Source of the DNA: Paraspadella gotoi | Taxonomy: Eukaryota > Animalia > Chaetognatha | Assembly (NCBI GenBank): GCA_051294375.1 | Contig: CM119263.1 | Coordinates: 24,718,688 to 24,782,687 of the forward strand | Direction: 5' to 3' | DNA length: 64,000 bases | Shown here: positions 31,201-45,832 of the stretch, piece after piece | How positions within the stretch are numbered: position 1 is the first letter of the stretch | Layout: each line of letters opens with the position of its first letter | The notes under the pieces: model-generated | What the model was told of the DNA's origin: nothing | The model's input: the letters and a program-made list of their open reading frames with translations, nothing else | Database searches by the model: none | Translations under genes and position numbers: made by a program

Positions 31201-33168
31201 CCATACTTCAATCCCTCCTCGTAGCTTGCACCGCGGCCCGGTCGCATAGTCCCTCCGTTCCCCTGTCCCCCGCGGCGCCGTCACACCCCCCTGGCGTTCG
31301 CAACGCGGCGCCGGTCTCGGTCCTCGGCGCTTCCGGTTCCATAATTCATTCTCGGCGCCGTTTTTTTTTTCTGTTTGTGGACGACGAACAACAAGGAAAA
31401 GAACCAGAAGGCAACAGAACGAAGCGATAGACGGCGTGGGCGGGGGCGACGGAAGCGTGGGCAGGAGGGTGGGTGAGTGGTGTCTGGGTGGGGTGGCTGA
31501 GAGGGACGAGGTGAGTGTCGCTCGTAGGATGGGTTGGGCGCCGCTGGAAAGTGAGGGAAACAAGAAGCGACCGGAATCCAATTCTCTAGTTTGTCACGGA
31601 TAACGGTTTTTTTTTTTTTTTTTTGCGAAAAAGTAATTTAAGTTCCCAACGACGAACAAAAAATACCATTTTGGATCGAGGAAAATAAAATTAAGAATCA
31701 ATAGACTAGAAAGGTGAAAAATAGAAACCTGCCACGCCCATCCCTACCCCAGAAAAAAAATATCGAAGGTTTGTTGAGCAATGAGCAAAATGAGAACCAT
31801 TTGCCTTTTTGACGAAGAAGATGTTCGACGCTCGGCAAAGGAAAAAGTCTCTTTAGAAGCTTCACCCGTAAAGCTGTTTCGGGCGGCGACGGGCGGCGTC
31901 GAGCGGCGTCAAGCAGCGTCGGGCGGTGTCAAGCAGCGTCGGGCGGCGTCGGCAAGTGTCGTGCGGCGCCCGGCGTCGGGCGTCGGCCAGCATCGACGCG
32001 CGCCTGAAGCGAGAAACTCATTTGCGTCGGTCTGCGTTTCCGTCGTCGGATCGTTGAGATCATCCATCAAGGATTTTTCCATCGTGTAACAATGAGACGA
32101 GGAAGAGACGACGACGACGACGACGTCGAAGCCGATAGAAGTCGGCCAACGAGAGTTGCGTCGTAAACGTAACCATGGCGACCGTCTGGCAGACTTATGG
32201 GTGAGAGTAAACTCTGCGCGATAACCCGTTAATGGACGCATTTGACGCCGTAACCATCGTCGATTGAATCAACGAACCATCTATCAATCTCTTGGCTCCG
32301 AGACGGAATCGCTGCAACGACCTCAACTCACCTTTGGCGACCTCACCCCGCGTTAGGATTCTTTGTGCCCTTTTCCGTTTCGTTTCGCCTTTTTCTGTCT
32401 GGGAAAATAAGCTCATAAAGAAATCTGTCAAAATTCCATCGCATCCAGAGGGCGTTTACCTCCGCAAAAATGGAAACCATCATGGCCGTCCCCATCTCGG
32501 AAATGAGGAAAGAAAATTAAAACGGAAGCGGGGACGAAGCGAAAGAATAAAAGATATTAGGAGAAAGATTCGTATATATAGCGTTGGAATTAAAGACGAA
32601 TCCAGACGGCGGGCGGCAGGCGCGAGCGACAAGCAATAAAAAACACAATTAAAGATTCAGACGCAATTTCGTAGGGATATGAGACGGGTAATATATATAA
32701 TTATATATATCTAGCGAGATGCAGACAAAGACCACGATGCAACCTCAGGATATGCGAGCAAAGAAGCGAAGAGAAAGAAGACGAATCGAGAAAAACGTGA
32801 AGGAAGACGCATCGAGGCGGAGAAGCGAAATAACGCCGGGAGGGACGGAGGAAGGGGGGCGGGGAGTGGAGGAAGGGGGCGGCACCAAAGGGAAGTCGTT
32901 GTCATTGAGATAGATGAACGCGCGAAGCCAAAACCTGGGAAACAGATGATTTCGTCTCTTGGAGCGAAAGAAGAAAGAGAATGAAGGGAATAACAATAAG
33001 AAGAAAAGGGGGATGGGGAGAAAATGAAGGGATGGGGGGGGGAAGATATTGAAGGGAGAAGATGGAAAGGGAGGTGGGGGAAATAAATGGAGTAATAAGG
33101 TCGGGAAAAGGGTGAAGAGAGAGTTTAAAGAGAGGCCAGTGGAAGTGGTTTAAAGTGGATAGAGAAGG
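19757..33168. repeat. Inverted duplication of ~4.3 kb: ~19757-24085 versus ~29118-33168
   Basis: Colinear reverse-complement match throughout, e.g. ctatccactttaaa/tttaaagtggatag and cgcgatatggtcgatttg/caaatcgactcatatcgcg. The second copy is riddled with small indels. Confidence 0.92.
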
Positions 33169-33520
33169 CGGGAAATGATGAATGCTTTGGGCCAAAAACT
33201 GGAAATTGAGGAAATAAAAAATTTGGTCACACGAGTTGCTGCCAAGCGGAAAACTCTTTCTTCACGGACGCCCGTTGCATTGGTTGGTCGAAACCTCGTT
33301 CGTGTGGATTGGCTAACAATTTATAATTAGATATTACGCTCAGTTAAGAAATAACCATCGATAATGAGAAACATTCAATTTTTTATGAACCAAAAAAAAA
33401 AAAGAGAGACCGTGTCTCTAAAAAAAAAAAAAAAAAAAAAAAAGCTTGAAAACAAATGACGTAAAGACAAAGTCAACGCTTGAAGCGACAAACAAAACGC
33501 CACAACAGACGCTCGGACAT

Positions 33521-33607
33521 CAACAAACAAACCGTCACCTATCGTCGCTATGGAGATGTTTATCCTCATAAATCGAGATCCACGGAAATCAAAATCGAAG
33601 TCAAAGT
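33521..33607 (-). CDS. WDR54: Candidate upstream WDR54 exon
   Basis: cccctag acceptor. Translates DFDFDFDFRGSRFMRINISIATIGDGLFV, loosely like WDR54 VFARGIAASGHFICV. A phase-1 end is compatible with the 7178-7255 exon, either at the canonical gtgac donor (exon ending 33539) or at 33521 (AT instead of GT). Confidence 0.4.
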
Positions 33608-33770
33608 CTAGGGGGAGGACAGAATATAAAGGGATCGACGGGCAAAGCCTCAAATCTTTGCCTAAGCCAGATAAGGCTTCTCGTGTCAAAGCCAGGAAGA
33701 GGAGAGAGCCGTAGAGAGAGGAGAGAAGAGAGAGAAGAGTCACAGATGAGAGAGAGAGAGAGAATGAGAT

Positions 33771-33805
<35 letters not shown>

Positions 33806-36800
33806 AGGAGAGAGCCGTAATCGTTGTTTGAATTCTGAAAATTGAAGGAAAAAAAAGAAGAAAGTTCCTCTTACTCTTAACCATAAGTTTCCAACCCACT
33901 CTTCCTCCTCCTCGTCTCCTCCATACCATTCCTCCTCCTGCCATGTCCTCCTCATTACCTCTACCCCCCCATCATAATTTACATTCCAGTTCGGCGAAGT
34001 TTTGTTTTACCATATCAACCAAAAGAAAAAGACAGCGATACTCCAGGAACAGCACGTGCGGGCCACATACGAGAGAGAGGAGGGCTGAGGGAGAAAGGGG
34101 GGAGGCGCTTGTGGCTCTAACGCGAAATCTCTTCATGGAATCTTTGGACTTGAATCCTTCATAACGAGGACGCCGCGTGACGTAACGCCAACGTCACGCC
34201 AACGTCACGTGACCCCAGATTGTATCTCCTTCGGGGGAAGTTTTAAAACGGAGGAGGAAGGAAGATAAGCAAAATGGGGTTGGGGGGAAGNNNNNNNNNN
34301 NNNNNNNNNNNNNNNNNNNNNNNNNNNNNNNNNNNNNNNNNNNNNNNNNNNNNNNNNNNNNNNNNNNNNNNNNNNNNNNNNNNNNNNNNNNNNNNNNNNN
34401 NNNNNNNNNNNNNNNNNNNNNNNNNNNNNNNNNNNNNNNNNNNNNNNNNNNNNNNNNNNNNNNNNNNNNNNNNNNNNNNNNNNNNNNNNNNNNNNNNNNA
34501 GAAAAAAAAAGACAATAAAAGCATTTAAAATTAAAAATTAAAACTTAAAAATTAAAAAGAGTCTCCAATAGGAGGAAGAGGAGGAGAAGAGAGAAAACAA
34601 TTTATTCATATGAGAAGAGGGTGGGACAGCGAAGGGGACAGTGTATATAAATCTTTATCGGGCGGGAAAAAAAAGACAAGAGAAATGAAAAACGGGGCTG
34701 AGTGAAAAAAAGATAACTAGGCAAGGATAGCGGGACAATNNNNNNNNNNNNNNNNNNNNNNNNNNNNNNNNNNNNNNNNNNNNNNNNNNNNNNNNNNNNN
34801 NNNNNNNNNNNNNNNNNNNNNNNNNNNNNNNNNNNNNNNNNNNNNNNNNNNNNNNNNNNNNNNNNNNNNNNNNNNNNNNNNNNNNNNNNNNNNNNNNNNN
34901 NNNNNNNNNNNNNNNNNNNNNNNNNNNNNNNNNNNNNNNNNNNNNTAAACTGGATTTAGAGAGAAGAACGGAATCCATAATTCAGAAGAAATGTACAATA
35001 GTTTGAAACGACTTGACAATTCGTCGTTGTCATACAAGATTAAATTCGAAATCAGTGTTTCAGAAATGTGAAATACGTTCTTCCTTCTTTCTCGGAAACA
35101 AACAACTAAAACAAAGAGTCGAATTTAAAAAGAATAAAGATAAACTGTCAAAGCGGATTCCGATGCTCAGGAATCTGCAAACACACGTCTAAGGCGATGT
35201 CGCACCTGCTGAGACGCGTCTCCGGATCGCAGCGCTACCCACGGCTCAGACGTTACACCTGATACGGCGACTGAACCTTAATTAAGTCATGCGTAACGAA
35301 ACTCTGTATGTTATCTTTTTCCCGCTTTGATTTTTATATTTTCGTCGATAGACTAACATTCGTCGTCCGCTCGGAATGTTTTAACATAGGCTCCGAATAG
35401 AATAAAAAAGAGTTTCATATTTTCCAGAAACTTTATTATCAATAATTATTCACAGGAAACCTGTAAAAACAGGGTTTCCAAAGCGGGCGGACAAATATCT
35501 CTTACTTTGAGAATGGACTGATAAGGTCACCAAAAATTGGCCAAAGGCTGAAATAAGCAAATTATGGTCAAAGGTAGGACGAGGGACCGAAGATCGAGAG
35601 AGAAATAAATTTATACTATTCTCAACACCCCCGTCCAATATTTATAAAGTAAAATTATTGCTAAAATAAGAATAGTAATGTAAACAATGTTAACTAATTA
35701 TTTGGTAAAATAAAGATAAAATTAATCATTTTCAATGCAGGCCATCTCCCCCGTCGTAGCAACAGTTTAGGCGTCTTAGAAGAGCGCATAGGTGTCGCAA
35801 AAGAATCGTGTAACGTTGAATGATGAAGTTCATCACACACGAGGAGTTTTGGGGTTTCGGGGGCGGAGGAGGAGGGGNNNNNNNNNNNNNNNNNNNNNNN
35901 NNNNNNNNNNNNNNNNNNNNNNNNNNNNNNNNNNNNNNNNNNNNNNNNNNNNNNNNNNNNNNNNNNNNNNNNNNNNNNNNNNNNNNNNNNNNNNNNNNNN
36001 NNNNNNNNNNNNNNNNNNNNNNNNNNNNNNNNNNNNNNNNNNNNNNNNNNNNNNNNNNNNNNNNNAAAAAAAAAATTCCGGTAGAAAAACAAAACAAGAT
36101 TTTCTCGAGGTGAACTAAAAATAACTTTTCTTTTTCGTCCGGAGAGGGTTATCGACTTTTACATCTGCCACGCCCCCTTCGTCTCTTTCGGCGATGCTAT
36201 TCCGTCCTCTGCCTTCACTGCCGTCCGCTCTCTCTCGTTCTACGGTGCTATCTCGAGGCCATTCTCGCCGGAAACTGACAATTTTGCCATCTTAGCTATT
36301 TCATTCCTCGGCACTGACTTGGATGCTGAATGAATTTCTCATAAGCATCGAGCAAAGCGACGCCGCCGCTCGTCGCCGCAGAGCCGCGTCTGCCTTTGAC
36401 AAGGTCATCCCCACGACCGGTTTTACGAAACTCCCGCCTTCTCACGACTCTCACGCTCACCTTAGCTTTGTTTGTTCTTTTTTTTTGTGTGTGTGTGAAT
36501 TTGGTTTTCGTTTTGCCTTTTCTAATCCTCTGCTCGTTAAAAAACGTTTTGTAGCTTACGTCACATTTGTTTTGTTGTCCTTTTCAACTTGAACGATTTT
36601 TCTTGCTGCACCTTTATTCAAAGTTTTATTTATAATCCATTTGTAACCTTAATTTATAATAAGTAGGCCAACACCCCCACTCAAAACAGTTCGCTGCTTA
36701 CAAGCGCTTCATCTCCTTGCTTCAAATACCACCCTCTTAAAATTTCCCATCAACTTAACCACCCCAACTCCTTCTACTCTTTCCGGTCCCACCTCGTCAT

Positions 36801-37538
36801 TGCTTCACCCCCNNNNNNNNNNNNNNNNNNNNNNNNNNNNNNNNNNNNNNNNNNNNNNNNNNNNNNNNNNNNNNNNNNNNNNNNNNNNNNNNNNNNNNNN
36901 NNNNNNNNNNNNNNNNNNNNNNNNNNNNNNNNNNNNNNNNNNNNNNNNNNNNNNNNNNNNNNNNNNNNNNNNNNNNNNNNNNNNNNNNNNNNNNNNNNNN
37001 NNNNNNNNNNNNNNNNNNNNNNNNNNNNNNNNNNNNNNNNNNNNNNNNNNNNNNNNNNNNNNNNNNNNNNNNNNNNNNNNNNNNNNNNNNNNNNNNNNNN
37101 NNNNNNNNNNNNNNNNNNNNNNNNNNNNNNNNNNNNNNNNNNNNNNNNNNNNNNNNNNNNNNNNNNNNNNNNNNNNNNNNNNNNNNNNNNNNNNNNNNNN
37201 NNNNNNNNNNNNNNNNNNNNNNNNNNNNNNNNNNNNNNNNNNNNNNNNNNNNNNNNNNNNNNNNNNNNNNNNNNNNNNNNNNNNNNNNNNNNNNNNNNNN
37301 NNNNNNNNNNNNNNNNNNNNNNNNNNNNNNNNNNCCATAGTCCTTACCGCCCATACTTTTTCGACTCACACTCTCTTCCCTAACTCCGAACAAAAAATCC
37401 CGCTGCCATCTTTTTCCATATCGGAATGTTTGCGGAAACCAAGTCGGTAGAGAAACTAGGTTATTTGGTTGGGAGGTGAGAGCTGGCGATACTTGACTGA
37501 AAACCCTCTTTTTTATTTTCCCATTCACTTCTGCAGGC

Positions 37539-37575
<37 letters not shown>

Positions 37576-39027
37576 NNNNNNNNNNNNNNNNNNNNNNNNN
37601 NNNNNNNNNNNNNNNNNNNNNNNNNNNNNNNNNNNNNNNNNNNNNNNNNNNNNNNNNNNNNNNNNNNNNNNNNNNNNNNNNNNNNNNNNNNNNNNNNNNN
37701 NNNNNNNNNNNNNNNNNNNNNNNNNNNNNNNNNNNNCTCTCTCTCTCTCTTTCTTTCTTTATTTCTTTCTTTCTTTGTCCATAATAACAGTTTGAAAAAG
37801 AATCAGAGAAGAAAAACTAATCTCAAAGCAAATCGCACGTAGAATATTAGTCCTACGTAAGAAAAGGAGAAAGCAATAAGAAAAGTTCGAAGCCTCGGGA
37901 GCTATTAAACCTTCATCAATCAACTNNNNNNNNNNNNNNNNNNNNNNNNNNNNNNNNNNNNNNNNNNNNNNNNNNNNNNNNNNNNNNNNNNNNNNNNNNN
38001 NNNNNNNNNNNNNNNNNNNNNNNNNNNNNNNNNNNNNNNNNNNNNNNNNNNNNNNNNNNNNNNNNNNNNNNNNNNNNNNNNNNNNNNNNNNNNTTTTTTT
38101 TTTTAAGCGCTCGACGAAAGGTTTAGTTCTCCTTCAAAGGAAATAAATCATGAAACAAACTAGGAAAAGTACCGTGGTCAGAATTAAAGATGGAGATATA
38201 TGCAGAAAGAGGGAAAAAAATTGCCTTGAGAGACTTCGCGTTCTGTAACAGGAACTGTTTCTTTAATGGAACTTTCTCTCNNNNNNNNNNNNNNNNNNNN
38301 NNNNNNNNNNNNNNNNNNNNNNNNNNNNNNNNNNNNNNNNNNNNNNNNNNNNNNNNNNNNNNNNNNNNNNNNNNNNNNNNNNNNNNNNNNNNNNNNNNNN
38401 NNNNNNNNNNNNNNNNNNNNNNNNNNNNNNNNNNNNNNNNATTTTTCGAGCTTTCCTTCCCAGTCCCCGTTCCGATCCAATATAATGTTTGGATGCTCGA
38501 GGGTGAAGGCCCAATTTAAAAACACAGTCGGAATGAATGGAATCGACCTCCGTCATCGCCTGTCTTCGCGCATTCATAGTCTGTCTTCCCGCCTTAACCA
38601 GCCTGTCTTCCCACTATCATCGCCTGCCTTCCATACTAAGTTATCGCCTGCCTTCAAGCTCTCACTTTCCTTTTCCCCTCCCTTTTCCCCTCTACCCCTC
38701 ATCCCTTTTTCCCGACGTCAGATTTTCCCGCCATCGCGCTGTCGGTTTCGCCTTTTACCGACGTGACAAGCGTCGGCTTTCCGCCCCCCCCCNNNNNNNN
38801 NNNNNNNNNNNNNNNNNNNNNNNNNNNNNNNNNNNNNNNNNNNNNNNNNNNNNNNNNNNNNNNNNNNNNNNNNNNNNNNNNNNNNNNNNNNNNNNNNNNN
38901 NNNNNNNNNNNNNNNNNNNNNNNNNNNNNNNNNNNNNNNNNAAAAAAAAAATACCATCCGAGAGCGTTGGTGTCCTGGCAACAACAACAACGACATCTCC
39001 TCTCTCTATCTCAACCCGGGAATCGTG

Positions 39028-39568
39028 GAAGGAAAAGGATGAAACTGGGCGCGTAAGCAAACGCATAAAATAAACGGATGTCGGGACGAGATCCCCGGAT
39101 GTGATTTGAGACGATGGGTGCAAGGGTCGCGGGGACTTTGAGATCGAATGTCGGGATGTCATTATTGGGGGCCCGCGGGGTTTCGACGGGAATGTCAACC
39201 CCTAGGGTTGTGGAGGGGGGGCGAGGCGACGACGACGAAACGACGAACCTCGTGACAGGAGGCTGATGTGAGACGAAGGCGTTTACTAATCCCGATCCTT
39301 GTTTCAACTCTTTTTTTTTTTAAATGACAGCTCGACGACGTAAAACGACAATCTCATGACATTCTTTTGCCCCCCCTCCACAACCCTATAGGGTGACCAT
39401 TCCCCGTACGAAACACCCGCGGGCCCCAAATACATGAGCACCCGACATTCGATCTCAAAGTCCCCCGCGACCCTTGCAGCCCATCGTTCTCAAATCACAT
39501 ACCGGGTACTCGTCCCGACATCCGTTTATTTTATCGTTTGCTTACGCGCCCAGTTTCATCCTTTTCCT
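39028..39568. repeat. Fold-back inverted repeat with ~200-bp arms
   Basis: 39028-39222 is the reverse complement of 39369-39568, differing mostly by indels. Flanked by N gaps. Confidence 0.88.
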
Positions 39569-41781
39569 AATCCTCTCTGNNNNNNNNNNNNNNNNNNNNN
39601 NNNNACTTTTTTTTTTTCCCAACCCACTCCCATTTGCGACGCACTCGTTCCGGTAGATGGCGACGCTCTCAACTTAACTACGGGTCGGAGAAAAACTAGA
39701 GCGTCGATTCTCGTTCGTCGTTTGTTCTTTTCGTTCGCTATGTTCGTCTCCCCCACTCCCTTCTATTCTCAGGGCCGCTCAGTTTTGAAAGACGAAAGGT
39801 CGCGAGAAACTCCAAATTTTTCACCTCACAAGATTTCTCCCCCCCCCTAACCCTTTTGAGAGATTATGTTCGTTCTGTCTTCCGCGAGGCTATTTTTCCT
39901 CTGACGAGTTCCTTCTCTCTCTCTGAATCTATCACCCTCTGGATAAGACTTAATCACTCTCTCTTGATCACTTTTCTCACTCCTTATTGATCCAACTCTT
40001 TACTCTCTATCTCTCTCATCTCTTCTCTGCTGCCTCTCTGCTCTCAGCTCTCTCTGCTCTCTCGACCCTTCCATTCACGACCGGAGCGGCGGCGTCACGA
40101 AGATGGAAGAAGGTTTTTCACATCAACAACATCGACGTTGTCTACTTCTTTTCCCAGATTGATACATTATTTTCCGTCCATAATGAACGGCACATCATGA
40201 AAAAAAAAAAGCTTTATGGGACAATAAACATTCTTCATTCCTGATAAGATTATTCTATATTGATAAAACATATTGAATAACTATAATTTAATGACTCGCC
40301 TGATGACGCGTTACAACGATTAATCTACATACGGAATTGTCTTTAATGATGCGTTTGATGTGAAAAGTTTAACGATCTCCTTGTGTTAAAGCTAACGAAG
40401 TTTAACGATTCTAGATTGTAAAATAGAAACTGGGAAATAAGAAAAATCGTCTCAGTGCCTTCGTCCTTCACCAACGATTTAATTACAAACATTTACTCCG
40501 TAAATACGTACGAGTGAATTTAATTTTTTTTTTTATTAAAACATTTTTTTCTCTGATTAAAAACTTAGTATTTGAATTATGACAGACATTTCAAAGTTTG
40601 TTTATTAAAATTTAGGAGGTACGGATAGATACGAAATTAGAAAGAATTAATTGGCTAGTAAAAAGTATTTATTACAAAAACGTAATTTAACTAAATACAC
40701 TTAAATAATAGAGGCCACGCGTGCCGAAAACTGCTTTTATTATGAGTGGGAATTTAAAAAAAAAAGTTGGAGCGTAAATCTACTTGGTTCGACGAAGCGA
40801 GAAAAACTAAAATGAGAGGCTAAAAAAGCCTGATTGAAACGAGGACAGAATCGAGGTCAGTTTCAGGCGACGAGGGACTTTCTTTCTCCGTCCACCGCCT
40901 GATTGATCCTCCCTTTATTTCCTGACTCGACCAAGCGCCCTCCGTCCGACAGAGGGCCTCGGCGTGAAGGACTCCGCCCAAGGTCTTAAATTCTCTGACG
41001 ACGAGAAGATTGACCGGCGACAAGGCCCCTTTGTCTTCGCCTACGTCGTCATCCGTCTCTTCCATTTTAGTTTAGAATGTAGTATTTATTACAAATGACA
41101 GATAAGTTCCCAGTGTACACAAGATTACATCCATTAATAAGAATAAGACTAATTCCATTTTTTCTGTTGTTGCTTTTTCACACCTGAGAAATCCTTTCAT
41201 TCTCTGACAAGGTTTTCATCATCATCTCTATTTTAAAACTTGACCTTTTTTCGAGCACCTGCCCCCAAGGTCAAGGTTTACCATCTTTAACATACTAAAA
41301 AGACATCTAGATATTTTTAATTTTCAGTAAATGACTTCTTAACAAGAATTTAATATCTAGGGCAGAAAGTTACTTTAAACGTTGTGCTGTATAGATGCTT
41401 CCACTATTTCCAGAAGACAACAATAACATCCCTCTCCCCATTACATTATAAAAGAATATAAGGAACAAATATAAGAAATAATATACAGTGAAATATATTA
41501 AACTTTTACATTCATTTTAAAATTTAATCCAATTTAGTCTAATAAAGTAAAACAAGCAATCTTTCAATTTTTCATAGCAATGTAATTTGAAAAATTAAGG
41601 AGAAAGAAAGAAAAGCATCCAAATACATTTTGACCCCTTATTTTCCTCATTTCCGTCATTGCGAATCCAATTAGTTGAAGTCTTTGCAAAATTAAGCGTG
41701 AGAAGCATAACATTCTTAGCGAGTTTTCAATTATTAATGTGGAACGGAGGGAAAACAAAAGGGGCAACAAAACACTCGGTA

Positions 41782-41830
<49 letters not shown>

Positions 41831-42346
41831 GAAATGAAGACGGAAAGAGAATGAAGGAGAGGTGGAGAGAAACATGAAAGTTGAAATTATCTCTCGATTT
41901 TCACTCGTGTTTTCCCACCTCCTTTACACTTCTTCGCACGGATCAGTTGGAGAAAAGGATTTGTAGGAAAAAAATTGAAAAAGGGGGAAAAAAAAGATGC
42001 AGACGAGAAAAAAAAATGGCGAACCGATGCGAGCAACGGGAATCGATGCGAACAAATAAAGCAACGAAGGAACGACGGAACCAACAANNNNNNNNNNNNN
42101 NNNNNNNNNNNNNNNNNNNNNNNNNNNNNNNNNNNNNNNNNNNNNNNNNNNNNNNNNNNNNNNNNNNNNNNNNNNNNNNNNNNNNNNNNNNNNNNNNNNN
42201 NNNNNNNNNNNNNNNNNNNNNNNNNNNNNNNNNNNNNNNNNNNNNNNNNNNNNNNNNNNNNNNNNNNNNNNNNNNNNNNNNNNNNNNNNNNNNNNNNNNN
42301 NNNNNNNNNNNNNNNNNNNNNNNNNNNNNNNNNNNNNNNNNNNNNN

Positions 42347-42380
<34 letters not shown>

Positions 42381-45300
42381 CGGGGAATTTTCAAGTCCTT
42401 GACTTCCTTCTTTCCGCTTCGAGACTTATTAGGCTCTAACTCAGGACCTCGACTAAAGGATGCTGGCAGAGAGGACAGCGGCAGAAGACCTTAACTGAGG
42501 AATGAGAATGGCAGAAGAGAACTATGGCAGAAGGTCTTGTCACAGAATAGAAATACAAGATGAAAGAAAAACCACAGGCTGACGAGTAAAGGCAGAGAGG
42601 AGCTAGAAATGACAAATATGGGATAATGGTCGACTTTAGGACGAGTCGAATTTATTTTGAAAAAAAAATGACGGTTTAAAACCGTTTGTTATAATTTGTA
42701 AAATGTGAACTGGAAAGCGTTAATCGAAATCCGTCAACGTGACACCAGATGTAAATATTTAATCTTCACCGGAAATTCACAACTTTTTTTTTTAAATAAA
42801 GAAGAGTGAAGGCGTCTGGACGGAGTCATTTCTCACTTCCTTCTTCGCTTTCCCGTTTTTTTTTCACTTCAATTCACATTATTCACTTTACATCACAAAC
42901 GATCTCTCTTTCGGTGAAACTACTTCGCATGACTGAGTTTTTCACTTTACGACTCGAAGCGTCTCGAGTGAGTTCAGTGATTTACAGTGAGAACTTCGAG
43001 CGATGACGATTTTATCTAGGAAGGGTTTTTTTTCCTCGACTGCACATGAAATGTTTTCTTTTATGCGATTCACTGTGCGCTAATTGACAATGCCGAGGGC
43101 AGCTCGTACAATTTATAATTAAGCTTTTTCCATTATTTTTGTTTTAATTGCTAATTGCTAATTGGAGATTTTGAATACGGTGAATACAGTTTGGGTACGA
43201 AAAAAAATTTATGAAAATTAAAGAGAGTGAATGGGAATTTTTAAATGTTTTTACTAAAAATAGAATATAGAAATAAAATAAGAAATGTGAAAAATGTCAG
43301 TTATAAAAGCAAATTATTTTTATGGAACGTCTTGGACAATAATAATTAACTAAAGTGCGAAGTCATTGAACCAAATTTTACGACATAACTAAAACGACTA
43401 AAGGCGACAATTTTTTGTTTTTGTTTAAAAAAAAAGTTTCTGATCTGGCGACAAATTCCGCCTTTCAAAGTTCGAACCTTACTTTTTTTACTCAAGCTCA
43501 AGAAAGATGAACTTACCCACGCAGACTAATCTCTCGCCAAGCGTCGTGATTCCGCGCGCGAAGCTTGACTTCGCTGAAATACAAAATGGAAATGAAAATT
43601 AATAACTCGTAAGGAAAATGAAAAGAAGGATGGGAGGGATGGGAGGNNNNNNNNNNNNNNNNNNNNNNNNNNNNNNNNNNNNNNNNNNNNNNNNNNNNNN
43701 NNNNNNNNNNNNNNNNNNNNNNNNNNNNNNNNNNNNNNNNNNNNNNNNNNNNNNNNNNNNNNNNNNNNNNNNNNNNNNNNNNNNNNNNNNNNNNNNNNNN
43801 NNNNNNNNNNNNNNNNNNNNNNNNNNNNNNNNNNNNNNNNNNNNNNNNNNNNNNNNNNNNNNNNNNNNNNNNNNNNNNNNNNNNNNNNNNNNNNNNNNNN
43901 NNNNNNNNNNNNNNNNNNNNNNNNNNNNNNNNNNNNNNNNNNNNNNNNNNNNNNNNNNNNNNNNNNNNNNNNNNNNNNNNNNNNNNNNNNNCCGCCATAA
44001 CTGCCAACTCGGAGGAACGGGGTCGTTTTTTACGTTTCCTGCGTCAACGTCGTCGACGTCGAGATCTCTGGCGGCGGAGGCGGTTTTTGTGGCGCGTGNN
44101 NNNNNNNNNNNNNNNNNNNNNNNNNNNNNNNNNNNNNNNNNNNNNNNNNNNNNNNNNNNNNNNNNNNNNNNNNNNNNNNNNNNNNNNNNNNNNNNNNNNN
44201 NNNNNNNNNNNNNNNNNNNNNNNNNNNNNNNNNNNNNNNNNNNNNNNNNNNNNNNNNNNNNNNNNNNNNNNNNNNNNNNNNNNNNNNNNNNNNNNNNNNN
44301 NNNNNNNNNNNNNNNNNNNNNNNNNNNNNNNNNNNNNNNNNNNNNNNNNNNNNNNNNNNNNNNNNNNNNNNNNNNNNNNNNNNNNNNNNNNNNNNNNNNN
44401 NNNNNNNNNNNNNNNNNNNNNNNNNNNNNNNNNNNNNNNNNNNNNNNNNNNNNNNNNNNNNNNNNNNNNNNNNNNNNNNNNNNNNNNNNNNNNNNNNNNN
44501 NNNNNNNNNNNNNNNNNNNNNNNNNNNNNNNNNNNNNNNNNNNAAGACGAATAGACGCTTTTTTTTTTTATAATAAACGATTATTAACATGAAATCAGGA
44601 TAAAGTTGCTTAAATTGCGTTCTGCACAATTCATTTCTGAGCAAGAGAAACGATTTTTGGTTAGTTTTAAATATTAACACGAGTAATTAAATGCGGATAT
44701 CCAAGATGCCTTTTGTTTTGATTCAATATGGAAAAAAAAAATAGAAACAAAGAATAAAAAGATAAAAACAAAGTGAAACAAAAAAGGGAAATTAGATCCA
44801 TTTAAATTTTAATTGAAATTCTTTGCGACAACATTTTGCGCTCACTTTTATTTCCCTGAGAAAAAGTGTAGAAGATCTACAAGTGACAATGTTATTTTAC
44901 AAACGTGCATCCAAATGAATTTCAAGATATGTCTCCTCCAATTGGACGGCGCATTCAGCTCCGCGCCACAAAACAGACGAGACGATCGAAAGGAAGTCAC
45001 GCGACCCCATCGACTTCCGACTCTCCCACTCCTCGCGAATATCAACAAGGATGATAGAGAGCGACTATCAACAACGCTCGCGACGCCGACCATATTTCCA
45101 GATATTTACCACGACAAAATATGCGCACCAACGGAACGACTTTACATTGTGGGTGTGTTAAGTGTGTTAAGGGTGTGAGGATTTTTTTCCCATGGGAAGG
45201 GTTTGGTGACTGTTGCGCTTGTGCACACCGAAGGGGATTTTAACAACTGGACTATTTAGAACTTAATGTGCGTTAATTAACAGAAGCCGGTTTGTATTGA

Positions 45301-45796
45301 GACAGACGATGAGTAGGGCAGCGGAAAAAAAAAATTTGAATGTCATCTCGAGATTTAACCTCGAAAAAAAAAAAGAAAAAAAAATTCAGCGCGAGTTAAT
45401 AGTTGACGATTGCAGTGATTAGAATTTAGATTAGATTAAGAGATTGAGTCGGAGGCGGGAGTGAAGGCTGCATAAAGACAGAACCTCGCTACAGCGGGGG
45501 TGTTGACTAGTTCTCCGTGTGGGTGGGGACCGGATTAACAAAGAGCGCGGAAGAAAAAAAAATGTTGGAATCGCGAAAAAGCAGAATCGCACCATAGAGG
45601 AAATGGGGTTCGAAAAGGGAAAAAAAACAGGGTGGAAAGAAAGTGACAGACGTGAGAGAGATAGGAGAGGGATGAGAGCGTTGAGACAGAGAGAGAGAGG
45701 AGAGAGAGGAGAGATGAAGAAGTGAGAGAAGATGAAGGAGCGACGAGAGATGGAGAGAGAGAGAGAGATGAGAGAAAGAATATATAGGCGGCCCGC

Positions 45797-45832
<36 letters not shown>

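Noticed and set aside
38979-38992. CAACAACAACAACG, resembling part of a PacBio hairpin adapter near the fold-back
   Set aside because: A low-complexity 14-mer that is not at the symmetry centre.
40820-41065. 81-aa minus ORF as a possible first WDR54 exon (also 46086-46367)
   Set aside because: No convincing similarity to the WDR54 N-terminus and no clear donor site.
34243-44680. ORFs containing X runs
   Set aside because: They stay open only because they cross N gaps.
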